DNA of 64,000 nucleotides. It comes from the human T2T-CHM13v2.0 reference genome, Homo sapiens. A program made the position numbers and the translations under genes. Numbering within the stretch: position 1 is the stretch's first letter; every line of letters starts with the position of its first letter. The stretch lies in NCBI RefSeq assembly GCF_009914755.1, contig NC_060927.1; one strand, 5' to 3'. Positions 42,552-55,860 of the stretch are shown one piece after another. The notes under the pieces are model-generated. The model did no database searches and was not told where the DNA came from. It was given only the letters and a program-made list of their open reading frames with translations.

Positions 42552-43198
42552 ATAATCAACTTATCTTTTATGTATATGAGGTCACACACCTCCTCCTGTT
42601 ACTTTGCTAACTTGTCACCCTCTCACTTAGCCTCACTCTCCCTTTCTCCTAACACTGCTTTAGTTTCCTTTTACTTCTCTATTATCTCCTCTGACCAAAA
42701 AATCTTTGCATAAATTTTAAAGACACACTCTTCATACACTTTATCTTCATTGTGCAACACACAAAGATCTATTGGACTTCAGCAATAAACAAAGAAATCC
42801 ATCCTGCCAAATGTAAGTGACAGCATATGCTTTCTTTTAAGACAAGGAGACTTAGGACTTGATTAGATTTAATTGATGTTAAATCTAGGGGTGAAATTTT
42901 GCTTTAAGCCATTGTCCAAATACAAGAGAGTACTTTACAGTATAATACTTAAGGATAATTCTAAGTATTTTAGGGCCATGAGTCTCTATGGGGCATATTT
43001 TTGGTCAAAGGAGAACTTGCATTCTCCTGAGTTAATGATTTTTTTTTTTAATCAATGCAATGACTGTTGCAGTCAGTAGTCAATAAAATAAAGTTTATTT
43101 TTACACAACTTTATATTTGTAAAGCTACTCTTTAAAACAATCTTACCATGCCTAAAGCCTCTGCAGTTTTGCGCTGAGCATCTTTTATTATTTCTTAT

Positions 43199-43568
43199 TT
43201 TATTATTCTGTTCTCATGCTGCTAATAAACACATGCATGAGACTATGTCATTTATAAAGGAAAGAGGTTTAATTGACTCACAGTTCAGCATGGTCGGGAG
43301 GCCTCAGGAAACTTACTATCATGCCAGAATGGGAAGAAAACACATCCTTCTTCACATAGCAACAACAAGGAGAAGTGCAGAGTGAAGAGAGGAATGCCCC
43401 TTACAAAACCATCAGATCTTGTGAGAACTCACTATCATGTGGGCAGCATGGGGGTAACCAACCCCATGATTAAACTACCTCCCACCAGGTTCATCCCACA
43501 ATACGTGGGGATTATGGGAACTACAATTCAAGATGAGATTTGGGTGGGGACACAACCAAGCCATATCA
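43199..43568 (-). mobile_element. THE1C-like MaLR solo LTR
   Basis: ttctcatgctgctaataaa...gagatttgggtggggacacaaccaagccatatca. TSD cttat/cctat. Confidence 0.93.
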
Positions 43569-44609
43569 CCTATATTTTAAACATTTACAGATACTATATT
43601 CCCATCATATGTGTATCACAAATCAGGATGGGAACTGCATATTTGCTAAGATTATTATTCAATGAAAAACTGAGTTTTTATTTGTTTATGTTTTTATTAG
43701 GTGCCTTTATCTACTTAGTTATTTTAAATACGAAAGGAGCTAGGTAGGTAGTACAACAGGCAGGCTCACAATGATTGAACTGGTGAAGATATAGATACGA
43801 AGGACTAAGTAACATCTAGTGGTCCAATTGGAGTTGATCAATATGATAAAGAAAAAATAAATATTTCTTAAGCTTCCATAACACTTAAGTAATGAATAAT
43901 AATTTCAGAATAAAGACCACAATTATTTAAGTGAAATCTGAAATGCGAGTTAAAGTGTACACTTGTTTAACTCTCATAATAGTTTTTATTTTTATTTTCA
44001 TTTGCTTTGTTAATGCTGCCATCAGAAAAATAAGGGTGTGACTAGTAGGCCGACATGTACATTCAAAAAGGGCTGTGCGTACTGGACAGGCAATGATACT
44101 ACTGACCTTAAAATAGTGTACTTATTCAGAGATGCTTTTCCTGAAGTGAGAAAACACTGGAGCTAGTTCTTCCCACTCTTGTCCTCAATCTTTCTGTTGA
44201 ATCAAAGCAAACATTCATGAAATAATTGTCTATAGAACAGAGAAAAGTCTACTGGGTCACAATGAACTTTATACAACACCATTGATACTAACTTATATGT
44301 CATAAACAATAAAACAAGAAAAAGATTTAAACCCTCTTAAATACCTTTTCTTAAATCCTCTTATGGACAAATTTCTTGAAAACTGTTGGTTACGCTTAGT
44401 ATCTTCATTTGATCACTTCCCAAAACATTGCCTTCTGCTTTCTCTTTTCATTTTTTCAGTTAGCAAAGTCCCTCAGGCATATGTTGATCAGTCCTCCTGG
44501 ATATGCTTCTGATCTTTTATAAACCTTATTTTCCTGCAACATTTGAGCTGTGAAAATAATCTTAATTTTTTTCTTGCCTTTAGATATGTGATTCCCTCTA
44601 ATAATCAAC

Positions 44610-44985
44610 TACTTCAGTGTCCTTCTCCAATAGCTGCTATTTTGATCATGTATCCCTGTATCTGTTCCCTCAGGTAGTCTCTTTCCATACAGACTTTGGG
44701 CTTAACCTTGTGACTTGTTTCGGCCAATGAGACAATAACAAACATAAAGCAAGAGGGAATTGGAAAGTGCTTGTTCCTTGGACCATGCTCTTGGGACCCA
44801 GGAGCCATGAAATCAAGCCTAGTCACCACCTGTCACCCCAGCTGACGGCCAGCCTATCCCCAGAAGCCAAGTCCCCAAAAGCAGATGGCTGGCAACTAAC
44901 TGTAGATGCATTAAGAAGCACAGCCAAGATCACAAGAACTGGCCAATGAAGCCCAGTTTAAATTGCTACCTATGAACTTTTCCTT
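44610..44985 (+). mobile_element. MLT1 (G/H-like) LTR fragment
   Basis: 'ttgtgacttgtttcggccaatgagacaataacaaaca...aagtgcttg...ctcttgggacccaggagccatg'. Confidence 0.7.
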
Positions 44986-46236
44986 TTGTGTCGGTACTTG
45001 CAACTAATTAAGATGGCATCCCCATCTATTCTATCACGTAGCTGGAAAACCAAGGTCATGCTCAATGGTTTCCTTTCCATTCTGTCCTTCATGTAATTGG
45101 CCTTTAAGTCTTACTGCTATTTTTAAACTTGAAATTGTTTTAGTACTGAACTATTTTATGAACTTAGCATATATTTGTCATTATCTGATATGAATTTAGG
45201 TACTCTCTTTCCTTCCTTTAGGTTCTATATTCTACTTTCTCTTTCATAACACCCTATTTCTGATTGTCTACATGGTGCAAGTTATGCACCAGGCCATGAA
45301 CACAATGGAGAGTCTATTTCAAATACTTTATTTTATTTGTTACCTAAAGTCTTCTGAAAGCCTTTCATAGTCCTTCTTCTAAGAGAGAATGTAGAAAATG
45401 AGAAAATAGTCTATTTTTGAGGGATTTTTAATTATAAAAATTAAATCAGGAATTATATCTGTGGTTGTTTAACTGAGATGTAAAACCTCCATCATCTTGA
45501 TTCTTTGTTTAACCAAAGACTGTTTGCACAGCTTGCAAATAATACTTCTGTAGGAAATTAAATCTTTATAATGCCTCTGTCTCAGGGCCATGTTTTGCCA
45601 GTGTTTTGGAGACCAGACTTTCTATTTTCTTTCACAAAGCTAAGTAATACCCACAGAATCCTTGAAGAAATTTAAAATTAACAATTAGAATACAAGAAAG
45701 AAAAACTGTAAAATGTTTGGCATTGGAAATTTATGTGAGTGAGTGTCTTTTCTAAACACACCTACTGTAAATGTTATGCACAGGAAGCATTTTGAAATAC
45801 TGCCAACATTTTTTAGCCACTTATGCTTTGCTACTTTGCTCAAAACGACATGCCCTTTCCAAAGTAATCATGGAAACAAATGAAAACATGGCTTTTGCCC
45901 AGCAGCCACTTAGTGTAGCTTTTGGAGTTGATTGAGTATATAATAGAACATTCTTAATGCTGACTTTATTAAAACAACTTCTATCAATTATTATACTATG
46001 TTATTTGTGCTTATGCACTTTGCTATTTCTTTTCATTTGAATTTAATGTGGTTTACTCATAGGAGGTGTTCAATAAATAATGTTAGAATAAATGGAAATT
46101 AACAAACATTATATGATCTCTGTTCATTTTTTCTGTAACTTTTTAACTCTTTTGTAAACAGGAAATATATCTACTCTGCTATAATGAATGAAGGAAATAT
46201 ATAGTTTCAGAGGCTAAGAAATACACTCCATTTCTT

Positions 46237-46524
46237 GCCGAGTGAGATGGCTCATGCCTATAATCTCAGCACTTTGGGAGGCTGAGGCGGGCGGATCACG
46301 AGGTCAGGAGATCGAGACCATCCTGGCTAACACAGTGAAACCCCATCTCTACTAAAAATACAAAAATTAGCCTGTAGTCCCAGCTACTTTGGAGGCTGAG
46401 GCAGGAGAATCGCTTGAACCCAGGAGGTGGAGGTTTCAGTGAGCCAAGATCGTGCCACTGTACTCCAGCCTGGGCGACAGAATGAGACTCAGTCTCAAAA
46501 AAAAAAAAGAAAAAAAAAAGAAAA
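46237..46524 (+). mobile_element. AluSc8-like element with ~19-bp internal deletion and 21-bp TSD
   Basis: 'aaaattagcctgtagtcccagc' lacks the start of the right monomer. TSD aagaaata(c/t)actccatttctt at 46216-46236 and 46525-46545. Confidence 0.95.
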
Positions 46525-48371
46525 AAGAAATATACTCCATTTCTTTCGAATCTTTCTTTCTCTCCTTAAATTAATGTATTGCTTAGAGGAGAAAACTTGC
46601 TTAGAAACAATACAGAACTTTAGAATACTGAATTTGGATACAGGTAATAAAACCAAGTCTTAGAAAAGTGATAGCCACTCCCCTATGTCAACGTAATCGA
46701 GGGTAGGGAGATTAAAGAAGAGAGAAGGAACAGCTACATTTAATTTAATCATATTGCATTCTTCCAAAAGTACATTTAAAACTCAACTCAGCAAAAATGA
46801 GATTCAGTAAACAGTGCAAAACTTAAGTTTTAAGTTATTTTTGTCTTAGAAATTTTTATCAAAACAGGGCCCAATATTAGTACATAAACAAAATGTAAAT
46901 TTACTCTGGTAATATGCCAGTTGATGATTAGGTAGTTTTTCTATTCATATAAGAAGATAAGTAAGAAATAACCAGTTTTCTTACTTCATATATTCAGACA
47001 CTTTTTTGTTTTTATCTTGAAACAACCAGCATAACCAAGGATTAGATTTATATACTTAAGATAAAACTCTTATGTAAGAACAGCAGAGTTTATAAGATTT
47101 GGTTAAATGAAGTAGCAAATGCACAAAAATAAGCCATTAAAATAGCTTAACAGTCAACTCAAACCACTGATGAGCACTATTTACAGATAAGTGTATGCCT
47201 TACTTCTCACCAACACTTCTGCTTCTTATTTGGCATATGTCCAAGTTTCTGCTGTGGTAACATTTGCTCCTGGGAGGAGATGAAGGAAAAAGGGTCCATA
47301 AGGTTCCCATTGGTCCAGACAGTAGAAACATCTGCTGGATTCATCAGCAGCTTGCTGGCCCAAGTCAGTAGGGAGAGTTGACGCTTATCAACCCTGCCAT
47401 ATGAGTCCATATTTCCTGTGTCCTGGAGCTACACAAGCTAATTCAAGAAAAAAACGAAAGAAGTGCATTACATGCCAAAATTTCCTCATTACATAAGCAT
47501 TATATATTTTTAAGTAGCTATCATGGTATTATAAATTATGAGTTTGGTACTGATGAAATTCAAACTGTAACAAACAGCAGAGTTTACTGGATTATCTTAT
47601 CATTAATTAGGTCGTTTTGATTAATGATGGATTCTAAGCATTTAGAACTTTGCTTAGAGATATTTGACCCTCAAACTTGAGAAGTTGGTTATTGTTTCTC
47701 TTTGGTGAGAAAACATTTGTCAGAAAAATATGCACCACTTTTTTTTAAAGTACGATCATCTTTGTAGGTCACTTTAAGATTAGCTGGTCAATGACTTTAA
47801 CAATGGGACTTGAAATTACAGCCTCAAATGTGAGCTTAATAAATTGTTACTAAATATAACTATTGATCTCTCTCTCACACACACACACATGCGTGCATGC
47901 ACGCTATCTCACACACACTGCACGCACACACATTTGTCATTTCAAAAGTAATAGTTGTATTCAAAAGTGTATCTTTATTCCCATCTTGCTCCCAATAACC
48001 AGAACACTTGGAATTTCCTGCAGTTGTCCTCTGTATCTTTGGCTAATTCTATTCAATGCCCTTAATTTGAAAAATCTGTAGCTTCCGATGATTTATTTAT
48101 TAAAGTTTTTAGTAACAACTAAGTCACTGGAAGAAAATATGGATCAATTTTTAAAATTATAAACAAGGGATTGCTATGAAGCAATAAGGCTAATTTTTTA
48201 TTATAACTTCTTTGAAAGAGGAATTTTAGTAATGACAATGCAGTTGAAATTTTTTTAATGGACTGATTTTAGAAATACAACACTCAGTTTATATCTAAAT
48301 TTGAGTAATAAGAATCAGGTATTATTAATATGACAGTGTAGCTGAGAAGAAAGAAAGAGATCTAAATATAT

Positions 48372-48372
<1 letters not shown>

Positions 48373-48418
<46 letters not shown>
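48373..48418. repeat. (TATC)n tetranucleotide STR
   Basis: About 11 perfect units. Confidence 0.98.
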
Positions 48419-48534
48419 ACACGTTTGGTTTCACATCTGTTAAAGCATATGAGACTAGCACATTGAAATGAAAATCTATTGTTGCACAAAGTGTACACAG
48501 AATTCATGTCATAACTTATTTAGTTCTAATCCGA

Positions 48535-49188
48535 TATGGATTTTTGCATCTATGTTCATCAGAGATATTAGCCTGTAGTTTTTGCCTTTGTGTGTGTGTT
48601 TCTGCCTGGTTTTGGTATCAGGGTAATACTGGTCTCATAGGATGAGTTTGGAAGTATTCCCTCCTCCTTGATTTTTTTGAAACAGTTTAAATAGAATTGG
48701 CATTAGTTCTTTAAATATTTGTAGAATTTGACAGTGAAGCCGTCAGGCTCTGGGTTTTTCTTCTACAGGAGACTTTTTATTGAGGCTTCTATCTTGTTAC
48801 TTTTTATTAATCTTTTCAGATTTTGTATTTCTTCATGATTCAATCTTGGTAGGTTGTAGGTGTCTAGGAATCTGTCCATTTCTTCTGCGTTTTCCAATTT
48901 ATTGGCATATAGTTAACATAATAAACTCTAATGATTCTTTGAATTTCTGTAGTATTAGTTGTAATGTATCATTTTTCATCTCTGATTTCATTTACTTGGG
49001 TCTTTTTTCTGTTTTCCTCAATCTGGCTAAAGGTTGGTCAATTTTATCTTTTCAAAAATCCAACTTTACATTTTGTTCATCTTTTATATTTTTTAGTGTC
49101 AGATTCATTTATTTCTGCTCCGATCTTTATTATTTCTTTTATGCACTAATTTTGGGTTCAGTTTGTACTTGCTTTTCTACTTCTTTAG
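48535..49188 (-). mobile_element. L1M ORF2 internal fragment
   Basis: 'gatttttgcatctatgttcatcagagatatt...ggttttggtatcagggtaatactgg...gagtttggaagtattccctcctc' is antisense L1 ORF2. Confidence 0.92.
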
Positions 49189-51297
49189 GAAATAAGACAA
49201 ATAAGTACAATTTTAAGCATGAATACTGAGACTAATCTGTTATTGGAATTATTAGAATAGCCTGAACCTCAGCAGATATACTAAGCAGAAATTTGATTTT
49301 GTGTTAATCTGAATATTGTAGTTGCGGTGCCCACTTTGCTAGCATAGTAGCACAATTCTAGGTTTCATGGATACAATAATATCCATGAAACACACCAAGC
49401 TTTATCCAATACCAAGTTTACCTGAAAGTCATATAAGACAGGTGATACAACAGAATGTCACCAGCTAGCAGAGGCCCTGGGACTCCTTGAAATGCTTCTG
49501 AATGTGCATAATAGCCATTTGTACTAAAGATTAGACTGAGTTAGCATGAGCAACCTCAGCTCAGGGAAGCTTCCATCTTTGGAGTCTATTCAAGCATTTT
49601 TGTCTTGCTAGTGACACCGGCTATTCGAAATTCTTCCATCAGCTTCCATTTTCTTGTACAACTAAATCTAATCAATACTGATAATTTATTATGCAATAAA
49701 CAATCTCAACAATAGCCTGCAGGCACTTAGCCTAGTACATAGCAACTTCCTCAGTTCTCATTTATTTTGGATCCAGTACAAATCTATGAATGATTTGAAT
49801 TGCAAAGATGATTCAACCAAGAGGAAACTGCTCAGGAGTTCCGGATACTAGAGGAAAGGTCAATGATTCGTTATTAGCCCTTTCCTCCCAATATGATAGT
49901 GAAGTGACCATTGGCTTTGCTGTGAATGTATTTTTTCCAGGTATCATTTTGCAACTATTCTCCAGAATCTGCATTCATAAATTTAAATAATTAAAGATTT
50001 TTACACTTTCACCTTAATTTTTATTGAAGTTTAATAATTTAAATTAAAAACACTTCATTATAATTTTCTAATGAACAGATTAAAAATGTAGTAATCCCAA
50101 AAAAGGATACAAAAAAAGTATTAATTCTCAGTTTGCTTTATCAGAAGTATAATTTCTTTAGCAAATTTATCTGTAGAAATCTATACAAAGTACCAAGTTT
50201 CATTTTAATATGTTCCCACAACAGTTTCCACTAAACTCTCATAGGGTAATGTTCCCCTAGATCTAATGTGGCACTACAAAGGGCTTGAACATCAAAGCAT
50301 GCAAACATGGACAAGATGGGTGAAATCAACATTAATGAAATCTTTGTGCATTCAAAAATGATCAAACAGTGGAAAATACATCCTTTTAACCACTGTGTTA
50401 TTTTACATTGTTTTTAAAAAAGATAGTTTGTTCGTTAGGGAATATTCCAAGTTTATTTCTATGTTACTACATATTGATCAACACTTAAATAATTAAGGTA
50501 CTATCATTTGAACACAATGTTTATGTGTTCAAAAATATGTGCCCACCATGTCTAAGGCAGTATCTTATGTCTGTCAGAGAATGAAATATTATGTGTATGT
50601 ATACCTCTGCTATCAAGAGCTTTATACGTCTCACATTCATATATCAATGGTTACCTTGGCGATAAAAACTCTGGTTTTGGAAAAGAAAATTATTTCTATG
50701 ATATTAGTCAAAGGAGAAGTTGTATTTATAAAGTTTATATTTCACAGGGGAAAAACTTAAATTTTGTGTTACTGCATTTTTGTAGTCTGCTGGGAACTTG
50801 TTCATTTGAAAGCATAGTATTGTTATTCACTCAAAGAAATATATATTTGAAAAAGAAAACTGTTTTAAATATAATATTTACACCCATAGGTGGATTACCA
50901 GAAATATTTTCTTTTCTCCCAAAAAAATATTGCAGTTTATAAGCCAGCAATAAAATAAATGACCAGCATCATTAATAACAAGGAACTTACCAAGCCAATG
51001 CCATTTTAGAGTGGAAGTAAAGGACACATTTTTCATCAAAGAGTGAGGAGGATGTGAGCATATAGATAACAATCCTGTTTTATACAAACTCAAGCTAGTA
51101 AAAGATGGGTCTCCATTTAATAGGAAGTATTTTGCAGTGTAAAAATTAAAATCACGAAATTGTTACCTCTGTAAATCAATTATCCCAGGATTTAATGGAT
51201 TCTTTAATATTTTCTCAATGAGGTACTTGATTGTAAACACAATTTTTACAATGATTCATCTTCAAGGTTAAAAATGCTTGACTTAGGGATCATGATT

Positions 51298-51537
51298 AAG
51301 TCATTCCTTGGTGTTGGACAAGGGGTATTGGTTCCAGAACCCTGACTATACCAAAATCCAGGCATACTCAAGTCCCACAGTTGGCTCCGTGAAACCTGCT
51401 TATATTAAAAGTTGGCCTTCCATATATGTGGGTTTCTCATCCTGCAAGTACCATATGTTCAGCCTGTATTTGTTTGAAACATATGCCTATATAAATGATC
51501 CTGCACAGTTCAAACCCATCTTGTTCAAGGGTCAGCA
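51298..51537 (+). mobile_element. MER8 (TcMar-Tigger non-autonomous DNA transposon)
   Basis: 'ttggttccagaaccc...ataccaaaatcc...catactcaagtcccacagttggc...cacagttcaaacccatcttgttcaagggtca'. Confidence 0.88.
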
Positions 51538-51544
51538 AATTAGA

Positions 51545-52038
51545 AAACAGCATTTTCTGATAATGTAAATGAGTCATATCACTTCTTTCAATGTCTTGCC
51601 GTTGTGTGTAGAATAAGTGTAAGCTCCTTATTATAACCTAACAAGTCCTGCATGATCTGGCCTTGAACTTCTTTTCTGCCTCATCTTGGGCTATACCATT
51701 GTTGTCTGTTGTGTGCCAGTCCTATTGATATTTTTCAGTTCTTTCAACAGCTAACCTATTTCCTGCCTCTAGCTCAGGACTTTTGCATTAGCTGATTTAC
51801 TTTTTGGAATACTGGCCCTGGTGTCTAACATTCTTGACCTCAGGCTATTTTTAAATGGCTGACTGTTTCTCGCCATTTAACTAAGTCTTTATTTATGTGT
51901 GCTTTTTTGTTTTACTTTCCTTAGGCTGTTAGTTCTGGTGGGCAAGAATCATTTCTAGCTGTTCACAGTTGTTTTCCCAACACATACTATGGGAATCCTG
52001 TTCTGGTATAAAACATACATTTGTTGAATAAACTAATG
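51545..52038 (+). mobile_element. LINE-2 3' portion
   Basis: 'aagctcctt...aagtcctgcatgatctggcc...tcaggacttttgcattagctg...catttgttgaataaactaatg'. Confidence 0.75.
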
Positions 52039-55000
52039 TCATTGAGGTATATTTTATCAGTAAAATCCACTAAAAATGTAAAAGCAATTTCAGGAAACAT
52101 TGTTATATTTATAGTTCATATCAATAATATAAACTGAAATTATACACTATTAAGTGACATATGCATATGTTGGATATCACTTTCTCTTACACATATTTTA
52201 TATCTATGCCATTTTGAAATTTCTTATTACATTCCGTAATTTAACGAGTTAGAATCCAAACATCTATGTAGCTATTTTACATAAATAACTTTATTTAGTG
52301 CACCAATGCAATTATTTTAATTTTTTACAGAGAAGAATACAGAAAAAGAATATTAATGTAGAAGCAATTTAGATAATAATCAATATAATTTTATGCTTCC
52401 AGAGTATGCATATAACAGGTGCAATCCAAAATAAAAATAACGTCAAAATATACATACAGTAAGTCAAATAACTAGCAACAATAAGTCAGGAAACAATTGA
52501 TTTGAGTTTGAATAATTTTTTTTTTTCATTTGGAATTAGGAAAAACCAGCATGAAAACCAGACTGAAGTCCTAGTATCTTCTCAATTCATAACTTTCCTT
52601 ATAATCTTTATCGTATTTGGCTAGTCATATTTTCTATATTCACATATTTGAAAAAATTCTGTATTTGAAATAAGGTTTTTAATGATACTTGCCTTTCATA
52701 GATTTTTGTCATTTCATTTGCTTCTAGAAATGTTATTAGGAATTTCAATTTTTATTGAACTTATGTAATTTTTAAAATATATTATAATTCAGTATTATTA
52801 GTGACTTTCTTTACTATATCAACCTTCTAAGACCTACTGGATGAAATAAATATATACACACATCATTTCCCTTTTTTGAGCCTCAGATTGAAGTTTTTCC
52901 CAGGGACTTCAATTTTAAACAGTTATGTCCCACCCAGTCAATTGCCTCCAGAAAATTGATTATTGTATGCTCAGCACTATATTCCTCACCCTCTCTCCAG
53001 AAGAGTCCTACCATCTGTGTGTTCCTTTGCAGGATATTTCCTCCAGTTTGACATCTCAATTTAGAATTTAGTAACATGATTGAGCTTCACTATGAACCAG
53101 ACTGTGATTGTGGTCATAAATTTCTTTTCTCTGGAAGGCTGCCTCTCAAATGTTCATCAGTTAGCAAGTAAAGCTAGTCAGTTCTAGATCTTACTCATTC
53201 AACCTGAAAATAATATTCTAGAAAGATAAAATAACTTTATGTATACATAATAATTACCATGTAAGCCTGTTTTAAAATCACAGAAATCATTTTAAAACCC
53301 TCTTATTCTTTTATATTGCCTTGAGAGACATACAATTTTCTTTTCATTTTGAAATTCTTTCATTTGCTTTGGATTCTTTCACATTACAATATTTGAAGAT
53401 ACATTTGTAGAGGAACAAAAGTAGCCTGGTGAATATAAATGAGAACAACTCATCAAGTTCACTTTTTCCTTGAAAAATCATGTGTTCATTGAATAAACTA
53501 TGGTTTGAATTTTTGAGAAAACACTGAACATTTTATGGAGTGAATTAAATATGGATAAATTAATAAAAACAAAATATATTTTAAAGTCTTCATTACAAAA
53601 ATCTATTTTTGTTATGAAGCCATATATTCGTATTTATTCTATTTGACTAATTGCATGGTGTGTAAACAAGTTTGTGTTCATTTTGCATTTTGGCAGGGTA
53701 ATAAGCAGAAAAGCTAAGAATAGAAAGAATTGACTTTGTACACATACAAGTCAAAAAAGTGTTGAGAACTTTAAAAATCTGATAATGTTTTAAGACATGC
53801 TAAAGCAATGCAGCCACTGGGTAAGAACATAAAGCATCCTTTAAATAAAGTTTCCTAGGATTTTCTAAGTGCTCTCTGAAGTTTGGGATATTGTAAATTA
53901 AGAAAAACTTTAGTGATATGGCCGAGTAAAACAAAACTAATGGGAGAAATTAGAAAAATGTATTTTATATAGAAATAATAACTGTGCTGGGAATATTAAA
54001 GAAAGCTGAGATATCACAATCATGCAAAACATTTTTGAAATGGAGGGGAAGACAATGAAGTTATGTTTCACCTACATTACAAATTTCTCCACAGCTGGCT
54101 TTGATCCTGATAATCAAGAATTTATTCCAAATATAAGTCCTGTCATAGACACAGCACATGGTAGCTAGTTCTGGTATAATGTTATGTGTTATCTGGGTCA
54201 CCTACTCACAGGTACTGTATAGGTAAACTGGAAACAATCCAGGGGTTATCCCATAAGTTCCCTGGTCTGCTATGAGCAGCCTAGAAAACTATTATCACAT
54301 TCTGGAAAAAAGAGAGGTAAAATTTCTACAGGAGAATTATAATTCTCTGGGTCAGGAGCTGTGGGAGCCACTGTAAATCTGAAGGAGCCTTTTGTCATGG
54401 ATCAGAAGCCAACAAAGAACTAGGGCCAAGCTTTGGGTACACAAGAGTTTCTGCTCCCAGAGTTGGTAGCAGAATGGGCTGCTCACAATGGCCATAGTGA
54501 ACGCTAGGATTCGGTCTACGGGATTGTAAGGGCTGAAGCTGCCAATCTGGCACTGTTACACTCTGATATCAGGAGGCGAAAGCCCTTCCAACCTTTTCTG
54601 GCCTTGCAAGACCCAGCTGCCAGCCAGCTTTGTTTCTTCCCTGCCTTGGTCTGGCAGTTGCAATGGAATACAGGTCTCCAAAGTACTTCCTGTCTCTGTG
54701 GAAACTGGCAAGCGGCACCAGACTGATGGCCATGCTCCACAGTGGCTGGGCAGAATGGTGGCACGGAAGGTGGATACCAGGTGTTGTACTCTAAAAGGCA
54801 GGCTGAATTCAAATGGATGAGGTAGAATCAAAGAAAAATAAAATATTATGTGGTTGCCTAGGACAGCAGACAACTTAAAGTCTTTCAGACAAACCTAAAA
54901 GCTGCAATAAAATGATTTTTAAAAATGACTACAGAATTCTAAGTATTTGAAAGAACAGAGGGGCATTCCAAAAGTGGAAACATTTTGCACTTAGTTATCA

Positions 55001-55359
55001 GTCTTAGTTTTTCCTCTAATTTCCTATCTCACATGATAGAGCATTCATTGCACTTCTCTGGAGAATTATAAGCCGGCCTTAATGACATTTGTGCTTTTCA
55101 GTCCAGTAGGCTTTAGAATGCAATATGTGCTTCAGTCCACACAACTACTGAGCCACAACTTTCACATTAGAAGGTTATTTGTTTAGAATGCCTTCAGTAA
55201 TTTAGTGGAAGTAATAGCATGCTATGTGTGCATTTAGATATATTTTTAGACTCTAATTTAGGCAACAAGAATGATCTTGAACTTTCTAAGACACAGGTTC
55301 TTTGTATAAATACCCCTTACCAGTTGATGGAACAGATGACGGAGAGAGGGGTGGGGAGG

Positions 55360-55415
<56 letters not shown>

Positions 55416-55437
55416 AAAGAGAGACAGAGAGAGAGAA
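55360..55437. repeat. (GA)n polypurine microsatellite
   Basis: GA run with few interruptions. Confidence 0.97.
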
Positions 55438-55487
55438 AACAAAAAAAAACTGAAAATAGTTGAGGGGAAAAACTTAAAGAATAGTAG

Positions 55488-55860
<373 letters not shown>

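Noticed and set aside
48780-49229. 149-aa hydrophobic plus-strand ORF
   Set aside because: It is the antisense reading of an L1 ORF2 fragment, and its start is not a true ATG.
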